A stretch of 64,000 bases of DNA from Adineta vaga (taxonomy: Eukaryota > Animalia > Rotifera). The DNA is taken from the NCBI GenBank assembly GCA_021613535.1, contig CP075497.1:11842001-11906000 (forward strand), given 5' to 3'. Under the pieces are notes generated by a model. It did not search any database and was not told the origin of the DNA. It saw only the letters and a list, made by a program, of their open reading frames with translations. The position numbers were made by a program, and so were the translations under genes. Positions within the stretch are counted from its first letter, which is position 1; each line of letters starts with the position of its first letter. Of the stretch, positions 39,048-51,412 are shown one piece after another.

Positions 39048-40060
39048 AACAAGTAACGCTCATTCTTTTGATTCGCTGACCCTTTTCTGAAGGAATGATA
39101 AGCGTGCTCAGCAAACCCATATAGCGGGACTTGAACCTGACCGGATTCGGATCCAACTAAACTTTATACATAAAAGACTTATAAAAGTGTTTTTCATCTT
39201 TTCATTCTTTCTAAGTATCATAAAATCATTGATTGCAAGAGAAAAGGAAAAACAAGTACTGTTTATATACATTCAAGGAATTGATCGCTTGATACTTCTC
39301 AAAAATAGATCACCCGTATTTATTTTCCTTCCTATGAAGCTCTTAAACAAACGTCTAATCAGCATGGTCTATTTTCTACTTTCCTTTCAATCACATGAGT
39401 GTAATGCGAAAGATTCGCTGATCATGTTAGATTACTTTGTAACCGAAGACTTAAAAAATTGGCATGAACGCGTCGTTTCCAGTATAGGCTTCATTCCCCT
39501 TTTCATTTTCAGGAAACAAAAATTTGTCAAATTTGTTCTCGTAGATCATCAAGTAAGCGCGTCCCGAGAAACGTCCAAACCACGTGAAAGTCATTCAAAT
39601 TCATATTCTGAAGTGGCACTCACGGCTAGCCGTTAACATAGACGTCTTTATTGTTTCGTCTATTTTTGATTCATTTCCCAAACGAATAAATAAATTTCCT
39701 TTGCTCTTCGCTTCCAAAGGCACATACTTTGTATTGCTATAAAGGATTCCAGTTCCTTGATTTCGATTACCCTTTTTTCGAACTTTTTATGATATGTTAG
39801 AATTCATCATTTGTTAATTAGCTCATCAGCTAAGTAATTAATTAGAATTTCCAAAAACTAACACCAGATTCGGATTCATCGACCCCGATTACCCCTCAGG
39901 TTAACTTTTTCTCGTCATCCAGATCGGTTTCTAGCACTTTACTGAATGCTGAATTCTGATTGAATGGGCCGGACAGACAAATTTTTTTATTTTTGCATTT
40001 CAAGTCGATGATTTTAACACTGTATCTGTGTAACCCTTTCTTTCAGAAAAGGGAATATAA
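39048..40060. mobile_element. Non-autonomous DINE/HINE-like (Helentron-associated) element
   Basis: 12-bp subterminal inverted repeat CCCTTTTCTGAA (39080-39091) / TTCAGAAAAGGG (40042-40053). Terminal hairpin ACCCTTTC-TTTC-AGAAAAGGG followed by AATATAA, an AACAAG..AACGCT start, and a residual CGGACAGACA microsatellite (~39970). Confidence 0.65.
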
Positions 40061-40310
40061 ACGAACTCCATACTAGGTCATTGTAACGAGATATTGCTAT
40101 ATTCTGGCCTGTATATGCCCTTTAACTCGTCTATGCTAGCATGACCGCTATATCTAACCGATATCCATATTGTTCTCTCCATTGTCTATATAAGCGTGTA
40201 TCTTATAAATAAAGAACAGCTTGTTACGTGAAGAAGCCACATAAAGTGTGTATCCTTGTTCCCAGGCACCTCTCTTCTCAAGTTCCTTACAGTCATGTGA
40301 ATACTACTTT

Positions 40311-42526
40311 TTGTTTTTCATATTCAACAGAGATGCGATCATGTTTTTTCTATTCCATTCATGCCAAGAAAACTTCACATATCTCTGAATGTTTTGTTCA
40401 AATAATAATATTAGATTAATCACAATTTCATTCTCTTCAATTTAAACTTATTTTTAACTTTTTCAGATCTTCAACCAATATTCAACATAGTACAGCACAA
40501 GCTTATTTAGTTGAAATTCATAATACAATCTTCAATATCTTTATTTGTCATTTGTATACATATTCGAGAAGAAATATAAAAGTAGGTTAACTGATATTAA
40601 TGTCATTCTTTTCAATTCTTTTTCAGATTTTCAAATGAATGACTCAACTGTTCTCAGTCATATTTATCTTTGTGAATCTTTATGTTATTCTTCTGAAAAG
40701 ATACGACCATCATACCGTACAGAAAGATCCAAATTTCTTTCGAGTTTAGCATTAATTCTAAATGGAAATGCATCATGTACAGCAGTTTATGTTCTTCAAG
40801 GTGAACAATGTGTTTTGATTAGTAGAAATGGTCCAATTGCAGCTACTGATGAACGATATTTTAATGGTTTTTTTCGTTTAATACGAATTTATGCTAATTT
40901 ATGTTTCAACAATCACCAACAAATAGCTAAAGAAGTTCGAGTTCAATTACAGAAAATGCTTCGATCGAACCAAAAAGAAAAAGATCTCTTTATATCAGAA
41001 CTTCAATCAAATTCAAAGTTCTACAAGGAACATCCTTTAATGACTGAGAAACTTTTTTAATTAAGAAAAATCAATCGGAAGAAGATTATGTTCAATTCTT
41101 ATTTGATCAACTTGCCAAATTCATTACAATTCGTGAACAATTAATTCATAACAAAGAAAATCCAACTGATCATCAATTACCATCAGCAACAGAGCTTGCT
41201 ACAATTCTTTATTCATCACGTTTATTTCAATTTATGTTGAATCATTTAGATGAAAATACTGGTACAGGTAGTTATTATTTTGAAAAAATATCAGCACATG
41301 ATCGTTCATTACAGATTCTTTTCAAATGTTTACATGTTCGTACAGATTATGTTATTGATCTGTATAAAAATATTACATGGAAACTTATTTCATCAATTGA
41401 AACAATTAAATATTTATCTATTACTCCAAGACAAGCTTTTGAGAATATTTTTACATACTTATGTCATTTAGCAGATGGAGATTTATTAGATATTTTATCA
41501 AATATGAAAAGTGAAACATTTTATGATAAACATTTACTTAAATTAAAAAGAATTGATAATAATCGTAATCAATCCGTTCATATTCATGCAGAAATATTAC
41601 TTATTAATCATTTATTAAATATGAATATCAATGAAACAAATGGTTCACAAGATATTGAAATAGGAATTTCAAAAATGCCTTGTTTATTATGTTGGTTGTA
41701 CATGAATTATTTGAACAAATAATATGATCGTTATTTTTGTCAACCATGTACCAATGGAAAAATAGATACCAAATGGTGTTTTCGAGAAAATGAAGATCCA
41801 GATATTATCAACATGATCAATCAAGAACCTATTACAAGAATCGAACAAGCAATTAAAAAACAATGTATTGATAGTCAACGGACTAATCTAACGGAAAGTG
41901 ACGACATCGACATCTTTTCTACTTCATTAGAAGGAGACGATTTTGATAGAAAAATATATTATAAAAAGAACATTTGAGAATGTATTCGTGTAATAAGTTT
42001 GTTGGTAAATAAAACTTGATTTTTTTTGAAAAATTAATAGGTTAGTTTCGATAGTTTTTTTTCTTATATGGAAAAGGATTTAGCAAAAATAAACTCTTTG
42101 TTGTAATCTCCGCACTTACTGACTGTTCATGTAATAATATAAATATAATAAAACCTTATTACTACTAAAGCTTCATCAAAAGCAACAACGAAAGTTATTT
42201 TATATTCCATCAATTAATCCAATATCTGATACAATGGAATTAATGGATGAATTTTAGAATGACAATGAAAGATTATTATTATATAAATATCTTTTTTTTT
42301 AAAGTTCGTTTTATTTTATAGATACAAAAAAAGAGAACATTAGTTTATTACTATCAATGGAATATTTCGTTCAATCTTCCACAAGTATAACATCATTTGT
42401 TTGTGTATTATCTTCCATCTCATTCATTTCTTCATCAGGTCCAAACTAAACATAAACAATAAGATTAAATCCATCGAGTGTTATTTTAACTTACAAAATA
42501 TTCGACAAGTGATGGTTTATCTTTTT
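40311..42526 (+). repeat. Segmental direct duplication, copy B (paired with 27056-29138)
   Basis: Colinear with copy A and contains the native 3' end of RAD1. Confidence 0.95.
40635..41977 (+). pseudogene. OTT1508-like nucleic-acid deaminase, copy B, disrupted
   Basis: 'HIHAEILL...IEIGISKMPCLLC' lies in one frame (ORF 41234-41722). Lesions are an 81-nt in-frame deletion near 40950, a frameshift with stop at ~41058, and AAA>TAA at 41720. Confidence 0.8.
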
Positions 42527-43674
42527 CGGTATAAATCAAAAATTGAGCACAAAGAATACCAGCAGCATCAATACGTAATGAAAGTTTACTGGCAATGGAT
42601 AATGCTCGAACAATATATTGAAAAAATTGAGTTTTATATCTAAATAAAACAGTAAAATCTATTGAAATAGAATGAAGATTACCGATTATGAACTGATTCT
42701 GTACATAAAAATGTGTCCATTACAGGTGAATCTTGTGTTATATCAACAGATGTACTACCACCACATCCATCTGCAATCAACCGAAAATGTGGATCATCTT
42801 GAGTTATCAATAATTCAATACCTTTAATAAAGAATATGAAACAATTTCGAAAAAGAAAAAAGTATCAGATGTTATTACAATCAGCTTTGAGATCGATTTC
42901 ACTAAGTGCTTCTTTGAAACCACTTGCCTAAAACATGTTTACAACTGAAAAAGAAAAGAATCTATCTTCAAATTCATATCTTACTTTAAAGACGACTTTT
43001 GTTACAACATTTTCTGTCTGAAAATCAAAATCAATTGTTTCTGTATCATCCAATACTTTAATTAAACATTCAGTTATAACACCTTCTTCCTCTAAGCTAA
43101 AAAAAGGTCGAATAAAGATATTTGAAATTCTTTCATCCATCATAACTTACTAAAGTTGTAATGGATGAGTTTGATTTTCTCGATAATGAATTTGTACAGC
43201 AACATTTGTTGGTAATGGTTCATGTGTAACAGGATCAAGTGGAATACCAAAAATATTCAAACAATTCTAAATCAAATATGAAAATGAAAAGACGAAGAAA
43301 ATAAACGATCATACAAGAACAGTTTCAAGATGAAATCGAAATCGAACTTGACGTTTCAATTCATACGAATCAAAAACACGTGTATCAATAAAAGCATTGC
43401 CTTGTACACATTGTTTATCTTCTACAATGATTTTGATTCCCGTTGGTAATGCACAAAAGATTGCATCCTAAAATGAAAAACGACAGTTAATCTTTTTATC
43501 GATGAAAGAAATTTTTACATCAGCAAAATGAATTGTTTTGAGAATATTAGCTAATGTTCGACTAGATTTTAATTTTGCAATAAATGCAATATCATCATTT
43601 TCATCGGATTCTTGTTCATTAGGATTATTTTCTTCTTCGTCAGTATCTTCTTGATGGGTATCGAATAATGACAT
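42371..43674 (-). CDS. RAD1: Checkpoint clamp (9-1-1) subunit RAD1, multi-exon
   Basis: 'LANILKTIHF', 'GIKIIVEDKQCVQGNAFI', 'CLNIFG', 'LEEEGVITECLI' and 'ALSIASKLSLRIDAAGILCAQF'. Confidence 0.9.
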
Positions 43675-43836
43675 AGTGAATAAATGTACAGAAATGAAAA
43701 AAAAAGAATATATACGTGATCTGATCTTTAGTTCTATTGGTTGAATTTCCGTACGAATTGTAACGAATGCGTTGAAAATTCTGTTCTGATCTTTTACAGA
43801 GTTTTTCTTTCGTTTGTTTAGATCAAAAGGTGAATA

Positions 43837-45180
43837 ATGAAGAGAAAAATAAAATGTGGTCGAATAATTAAGATGAGAAATGGTTCTCTCAAAAAAATCA
43901 ACGTCGTTAACGATGGCGGTCCAAGATCATGTGATTTTCTTGATGAAAATTTGAAGTTTTATGAAGTTCATCATCGTCTTCGAAAATTCTTTAACGTCGG
44001 TAAGTTGAACACAAACAAAAAAACAAATTTGGAGAAGTTGAAAAATGTTTTCTATTCTAGAAAATTATCATCATAAATCTGTCTTATACAATTTCAAAAT
44101 TGAACCATTGCAGTTCAAGAAGTACAAAACATTTGGTGATTATCTAGATCGATATGGTCTAAGTGGCAAGGATTCTGCTCTTTATTTATGTACATTTGAA
44201 GGTATTGATTTAAATTTTTATCATTTTATCTAAAGAAAATTTTGCTTAAAAGGGAATATTGATGATCGGTCAAAAAGAGAAATAATCAAAAAAAGACCTT
44301 CAACTCGAACAACAACAACATATCCAAGGTAAGTTAAATATTAACCATGATTATCTCGAAAGTTTATATTTAGTGCATCTCAACGAACACAATTGAATCC
44401 TTTTCAACAATCTTGGACGAACAATCAACAGTCGAATCCATCGTAAGAATGTTTTATTGTTTCTTTTAATGATCACATCTATCTATTATTCTTCTAGATC
44501 TACAACTACTAATAGTAATAGTTCAGTAACAACGCAATCTTCCGCATCAGAATATTCATTTGAACATGCATGTGATGATTTGAAGGAACTTGTTCGAGAA
44601 TTGATCAACCAGAATAATTCGAATCAAATTGTCATTCAATTACATGGAAATATTTATAGTACATATGGTTTGATAGTTGCAAAAATTCAACCATTAAACG
44701 AACAGTTGAATCAGATCATTGCATTTTTCGAAACATTGAATGATGCAAATATGATTTCATATTCGAATGACTTGAACAATGCTGTCGATAGTTCTCAATC
44801 GATAATGGATTTATTACAATTGAACAAAGAAGCTTTTGAACGTGTTCAATTATATCAAAGAATTTTTCATACATTTTCGAAATTTGATAATGAACTGAAA
44901 GTGAGTATATATCAATTTTCAAAGCATTTTTAAATGATCAAACTTTTATTAGAAGTTGCATTATAAATGGCTACAATTGGTGGAGAAACACAAGCATCGT
45001 ACAATTTCATCTGGACAACAGGAATTATCCTTTCGTGATCGTCCATCTCGTATACCAAATGCACCAACTGATCCTTTCGCACACGTATGATAAATTTGAG
45101 TGTGAGAAGATATTTTTCTTTGAATTAATTTACAGTTTATATCACTTGAATCAATCGCTTCATTCGCCATCAAATATTGA
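43837..45180 (+). CDS. Uncharacterised multi-exon protein, divergent from RAD1
   Basis: Chain of GT-AG-flanked open exons (ORFs 43837, 44045, 44457, and an exon at 44953). No family recognised, and the 3' end is uncertain. Confidence 0.55.
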
Positions 45181-45424
45181 TTAACTTCTGATTTTGTTCA
45201 TTTACTCTAGTCATATGAGTCTTTGCTTTGTTTTGTGGTTTTATGTTATGATAAGTTTTGAGCTGAAATAAGATGTTCAAAACGTGCTGTTTTGTTTCAT
45301 TCTTTGAAAATATCTTGTTATCTCAAGATTTTATAAGATCAATTTTATTTAGTTTTTTAATACAAAGGAAACCAATCTGTATATCAAACATGCTCAATTA
45401 GTAAGATTCGATAAGTTCATAGAA

Positions 45425-46460
45425 TTATTGATAAAAAGATTGCCAATTAGGTGGATAACCAGTAATTACAGGAGCTCGATTTTTATGTACTACTGCTCTC
45501 TTTACATGTATAGGATAATAATGTGATGTAAAGAAAAAGTCTTCATAACCATCGGGATTAGAATCGTAGTATTCATGTTCATCACTATATGCTTTCATAT
45601 ATGGATTTTGATATGATTCTAAATAGACATAAAAGTTTATACGTATAATTTATTGAAAAAATAACTTACGATAACCATATGGATTTTGATAACCCATCGG
45701 TGACATTGCAGGATTCATTTCACCATAGTTTAGGAGACATATAGGTTCGTTTAAGCTACTATATCGAAATGGAATTTGTTGTAATATATTTAAAGGATCT
45801 CTTTGAACATCAGCTGCAATATTTCGTAAAACAATATCGATATCAGTATTGGGTGTACAAATATGACGAAGTAGATGATATGTATAAAGACTATTTTTGT
45901 TATTTTGTGATAGAGTACTTGAAAATTTGTCTTCTTCACAAGCATACACAATAATAGTTGCTGGTGGTGCTCGCATTGGTGCAAGTCCAACTCCAAGTCC
46001 AAGTCTATCTTGATAACCACCGAATATTGTTCTATAGAAGGGTCGATTTGCATCTGTTGTTACACTGACATCATATCCTCGACAAGCATCAAGTATAGCT
46101 AATACTAATCTCGGTTGTCGAGTGTGAATAGCATCAACTACATTTTGAATATTCAACGCTTGACCATCGAGTCGTTGAAGTAAAAGATTTTCATCATCTA
46201 CACCAAGTAAATAATTAATACCATTGTATTGAATTCCATGACCAGAAAAGTAGAATATTACAATTGAACCTGGTTGAATCGACTGAATAAATCGACCAGT
46301 AAGTGCTTGCATTCCATCATAGGGTATACGTTGCAGGTTGTACTTGAAATCCCATTGCATTTAATGTTGTTGCCACATCAGTCGCATCATTAACACATGA
46401 TCCTATGGGTGATCGTGCATAAGCTTCATTACCAATCACTAAAGCATGTTTTGCGTACAT
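45425..46460 (-). pseudogene. Caspase-family (peptidase C14, bacterial p20-like) gene with one frameshift
   Basis: 'MYAKHALVIGNEAY...CVNDA.DVA', 'FYFSGHG' (His), 'ILDACRG' (Cys) and 'NSLYT..LL'. The frame breaks near 46329, either from a real lesion or a sequencing error. Confidence 0.8.
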
Positions 46461-47104
46461 CTCTTGTCACAATTACTAAATAAATACAAAATTGATCTTG
46501 TACTAAACATATATCTCATGACCCATTACCTGAATAGGTTAGTGATAGTTGTGTGCTAGCTCGACAAGAAAATGAAAAGAAATATCAGGTGGAGAACTAC
46601 TAATGTTTTGATAAAAAAACGTGTCAGCTGTAATTAAGTTTTTTTTTCTTTTGCTAGGATAACACCTTATTCATTGAGAAGAAAGAGAAAAAACAGAAGA
46701 CCGTTTGACAAGACTAATTTACTGTATCAATTGGGTAATATTTCGTCAGAAATTATATGAATATCTTGGTTATCAAAGCGTAAATAAACAAAAAAATGTC
46801 GCCGCAATTTTTCTTCTTGAGATATCGAAAAGTTAACGAGCTATTAAAGTTTATGATGCGTTACCGAACTTGTTTTTACCACCTGTATCATTATCAATCA
46901 ATCGAGAAGCCACACGTCGTATCATTACAAATTATTACTATTGGAATATTTTGATTAGTAGGTTCAAGGACAAATTCGTAATGAGAAAGGTATGTAACAG
47001 AAAAATGATGTCATCTAGTTTTGCTTCGATTAGATTTATTAGAAAAGAAAAGTAAAGAAAATGAGTTCATAGAAAAAATTTTCTTCTGTTCTTTTATTAA
47101 CTAT

Positions 47105-47696
47105 TTAATCATAGACGGGTAATTTGGTATGATAGTTCAATTTTGGTCCATTAAAATTATTCTTTTGAGCAAGACGATTTAATGCAAAGATGCATAACTG
47201 TAAAATGAAAATGCATTAAGTTGATTGATGAACTCAAACGAAAAGAAAAAACACTTACAGTTACTTGTTGAATATTTTGTTTATCAAAACAGTCGACAGC
47301 TTGAAATACTTCACTACCATCGAGACCATATGCACGTGCAGCATTTTGAAAAAGACCGATATTTTCACGTAGTTTTATTGGACCACCTTGACTATGAATT
47401 TTTGGTACAGAACCAGGTTTAAGTTTATTCATTAATCTAATAAAAACAAAAGAAATTTTATGCGATGAAAGATGTTATTTAATCTTACTTGCATAAAATA
47501 ATTCCATCATGAAGAGCTTCTTCATAATCATCCGTAGGAAATCGTTCACCAGTTATAGCTTCAATCCATTCTCTAGCTGCATGTTCTTGTTCTTGATCTC
47601 GTTTAAAATGAATCTATTAAATTAGAAACAAAATATAATTCATTCAAACAAAATTCTTTCTCCTACTTTATCTTTAACAGCTCGATCCAATGCCAT
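47105..47696 (-). CDS. Calponin/transgelin-family CH-domain protein (myophilin/MP20-like), 4 exons
   Basis: 'EWIEAITGERF...LHDGIILCKLMNKLKPGSVPKI...RENIGLF...YG....VFQAVD...NIQQVT'. Confidence 0.9.
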
Positions 47697-48441
47697 TCTA
47701 TGTCTTCGTTGTTATGTTGTTTACAGAAAGAATACAATACGCTTAGAAATAAATCGTAGATATATGTGGACAAATTCTATCTTGAGAGTGTGGGTGTTTT
47801 CGCCTGTCGTCCTTCATCTCATCGAAATAGATAGTAGGCAAATATCCATAATTAACTTCCAAAAAAGAAACATATTCTCATGTCCAAATAAAGTTATTTG
47901 TGGTTAATCATAGACATTTACTACTTGCTCTTCGACAGAATCGTTTGATGATTAAAGACAAAACGAACTTGGTGACACGAAGTTTGATTCAAAAATAGAA
48001 ATGGAATGACAAATAATCGAATTAGTTGTAGATCGTCTTTCTCATAGAAAAGAAACTGATGGAAGTTTAATCAATATCAATTAAAAATTTTTGTTACTTT
48101 TGCAACCATGACAATAGATCAATCTTCATTTGTCTTGTATTAAACAAACATAAACATCGAACGAGACAGTAACAGACTACGGCATCGATCGATTATTCTA
48201 TCTTTAAATAAAGAAGAAGGGAGAAAAGTGAGCGCATGTAAAAAGGTTTCATACGCATCTATAAGTCTGTCCATATAGCTATGTGTAAAGTGAACGAAAA
48301 TTCATCCAAGATGTAAAATAATATGAACTCTTTCGTTTCTTCCGATATAGCTCAAGAAGAAAAGAACGAACAAAAAAGAATTGTATATATATATATACTC
48401 ATGTGTGATTGCATGTAGTGAATCAGATTTTACTCGAAAAA

Positions 48442-49335
48442 ATGGTTTGCTGTTTTACTTTGGCATGTTTTTTCTGTACTCTTTGTATATGTATTGGTAT
48501 AGCAAGTCTCATTCAGTTTTGTATGGGCCTTTACTTAACATTTCTGCAAAATGATATTGTTACAATTAATCATTTGGTTAAAACAGAAAAATTTGATTCA
48601 TATTTAGCTTATGTTTTACTTGTCTTTATTGGATTGGGATTCATTTCGTTAATCTTAGCGTTTTTTTCCATCTATGGTACAATCAAACGAAATCGATCTT
48701 TAACATTATTTCTCACTGTTTTATGGGTATGTTTTGAACTTTTTTTTCTTCATTATGCCCATAAAATTGTCTTTATATGATAGATATTCTCATTAACACT
48801 TAATCTGGTGATGCTAGGTGTTTCTTTTCTTTATTATTATTTTATCCTTTCACAATTACGACCATTATTAATTCTTTCTCTTCGAGAAGCACCTGTCAGA
48901 ACTGCAAATTTACTCGATATTCTTCAATTGAAATATTCATGTTGTGGTATTGATAGTAAAAATGATTATAACAATCTCCCACTCAATTCTCTTCCTTCAT
49001 CATGTTGTCGAGAACCAAATTGTTGGCGAGAAACAGAACTAAAAAGTACTAATGGTACAATTTCATCGATACATTCCAATGGTTGTTATTCATTGATTAA
49101 AGAACATCTCACTATTGAATTATGGGTATTAATTGTCGTAACAGGTCTTTGTTCTCTCTTACAAATCATTGCAATTTTATTATTATGTGTTATCAATGAA
49201 CGTTATAGAAAATTCGATGAAATTCCCAAATTAGTAATTAATCATCTCACTCCTGCAATACCAACTGTTATCAATAGTAATGTTCAAGGTACACCGAAAA
49301 TAATCCAAGAACCAATTGAAATCACACAGATTTAA
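48442..49335 (+). CDS. Tetraspanin, 2 exons
   Basis: Four hydrophobic segments, and a large loop with 'LQLKYSCCG', 'PSSCC' and 'GC'. Confidence 0.85.
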
Positions 49336-49558
49336 TTACAAATAAATTTGTCTTGAAACAAAACTTTAGTTGTAGAGTTATTCTATTCAACATAAATGCG
49401 TGTTTGTAGACAACGATTTTTAAATATGAATAAACTATCTTATTCGTTTGTTTAACGCTACTTTATTATAAACTAGTGTTACGTAGATGTATTTTTTTTA
49501 GTCTTTTGTTTTTCTTGTTAAAAAAATATGAAGTTCGAGAAAAGCTGAATACAAATGT

Positions 49559-51412
49559 TTATGCTACTGTATCAGCCACTGTATCGGCTACCATATTTGG
49601 TAAATATCTTTTTGCAAGAAATCGAATTGCAAATGGTTTAATAACATAAACAGCGAATTGTTTGAAAAGATACAATCCCATGATTGTATAACCAACTCTT
49701 CGACATATTTCTAAGATTTTATCTTGTCGTTTACGTGATTCTAAACATTGTTTGTAAGGAATTCTTGTAAATGTTACCATGGTGTAAAGAGGTACCCACC
49801 ATTGAGGTACAATTCGATATAGAAAGTTATCGATCTTTTTACGCCAATAATATGAACGTGTTGTTACTAAATGTCGCATTTCATAATGATTATACATGGA
49901 TAAATCGACGACAGTATGAGCATCATCGACACGAGTTTTACTAAATGAGAAACAATGAATATAGTTCTGAGAATAAGATGAAACAACTTTACTTGTATTC
50001 GACGAATGCTTTTGGAATTTGAAAATCATTTTCTTTTAATTTATCGAATAGAACGATTGTATCTTCAAAAGCTGAATTCATTCCTTGAGCATAGAATGGA
50101 ATCATTGAATGTGCTGCATCACCCATTAATAAAATATCTCCATGAATTGATGCATGTGGTGAACATTTAATTGAAATTAATGGCAATGGTTTTGATGTAA
50201 AATATGTTTCAATTAAATTTTCTCGTCCAATAAATGAAATTGCATCTGGAAAATATTTTTGAAAGAATGTCAAAAGTTCATCTTCTGTTGTTATTTGTTG
50301 AAAAATTTGTAAAGGAAGAAAAAGTGTTGTTGTAAAGGATTTATCTTGATTAGGTAAAGCGATTAACATAAATTCATGACGTGGCCAAATATGAAGATAA
50401 TTGATATCCATTGCGAACTAAACACAAAGTAATATGAAATAGACGAGAAAGAAAAAAAAATGTTACTTCATTATTCTTTGGTGGAATACAAAATTCCATG
50501 TAATTAGTATCGATATATCGTTGAGAGAAATTCACCGAATCAAGTTTCATCATTGCTGCACGAACACCTGAATGACAACTGAAAACAGAATGTGGGTTCA
50601 TTACAATAGATTCAAGAAAGAACTTTACCCATCATAACCAATCAATGCATCAACTTTGAAATCGACATAATCATCTGATTCACTGAAAGTATCAAAATAT
50701 TTCATAAATGAAAATCTCTTCTCGAACATTTTACTTTTGAAATGTTGCGATCTTTTCTTCTCGATTCCAACTGACAAATTTATGTTGAAAATGAATAGTG
50801 ATTTCCGGACGTTTACATGCTTCTGAAAAGCAAAGAAAACAACTTAAAGAATCTCCCAAAAAAACCTTGAATTACCATCTAAAAGAAGTTCATTTAAAAT
50901 ACGTCGGTCGATCGAAATGATTTCCTATGAAAAAGAAAATAGAGAAGAATATTAATCAAAAAGAAATATTTGTTTACATGATCAGGATGTGTTCCATAAC
51001 GCACTGATGTTGTATGACAATTCAAATCATGTAACATTCTTGAATGCATCGGTATACCATTTTGTACAATAACATCTTCACAATTCACATAAGCAAGAGC
51101 ATCACGACCACGACGAGATAATGCCATATTAATACTACGACCTTTGACAATTTTTTGTTTACGAATATCTTTAATCATATAAATGAAAAAGTCAAATTTC
51201 GAAGAAAAAATAACAAAATTATTAACAGACCCGATCGTAGTTCAAATAAATGAACTTTAATACCATGTTTAGCGAAGAATAGTGAACATAAAGTACCACC
51301 CTAGATCATAATTAATAAAGAGTTTGATTATATATATAAATTGATTACATACAAGACCACCGCCAACAATAGCAACAACTTGATTTGATTCACTGATAAT
51401 AGGGTGTGTCAT
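49559..51412 (-). CDS. KMO: Kynurenine 3-monooxygenase, multi-exon
   Basis: 'VAIVGGGL', 'GRSINMALS.RG', 'LHIWPR', 'GDAAHSMIPFYAQGMN.AFED' and 'PLYTMVTF'. Confidence 0.95.

Noticed and set aside
39187-39636. 149-aa ORF as a transposase or passenger gene
   Set aside because: GTG start, no recognisable motif, and it lies inside the non-coding HINE-like element.
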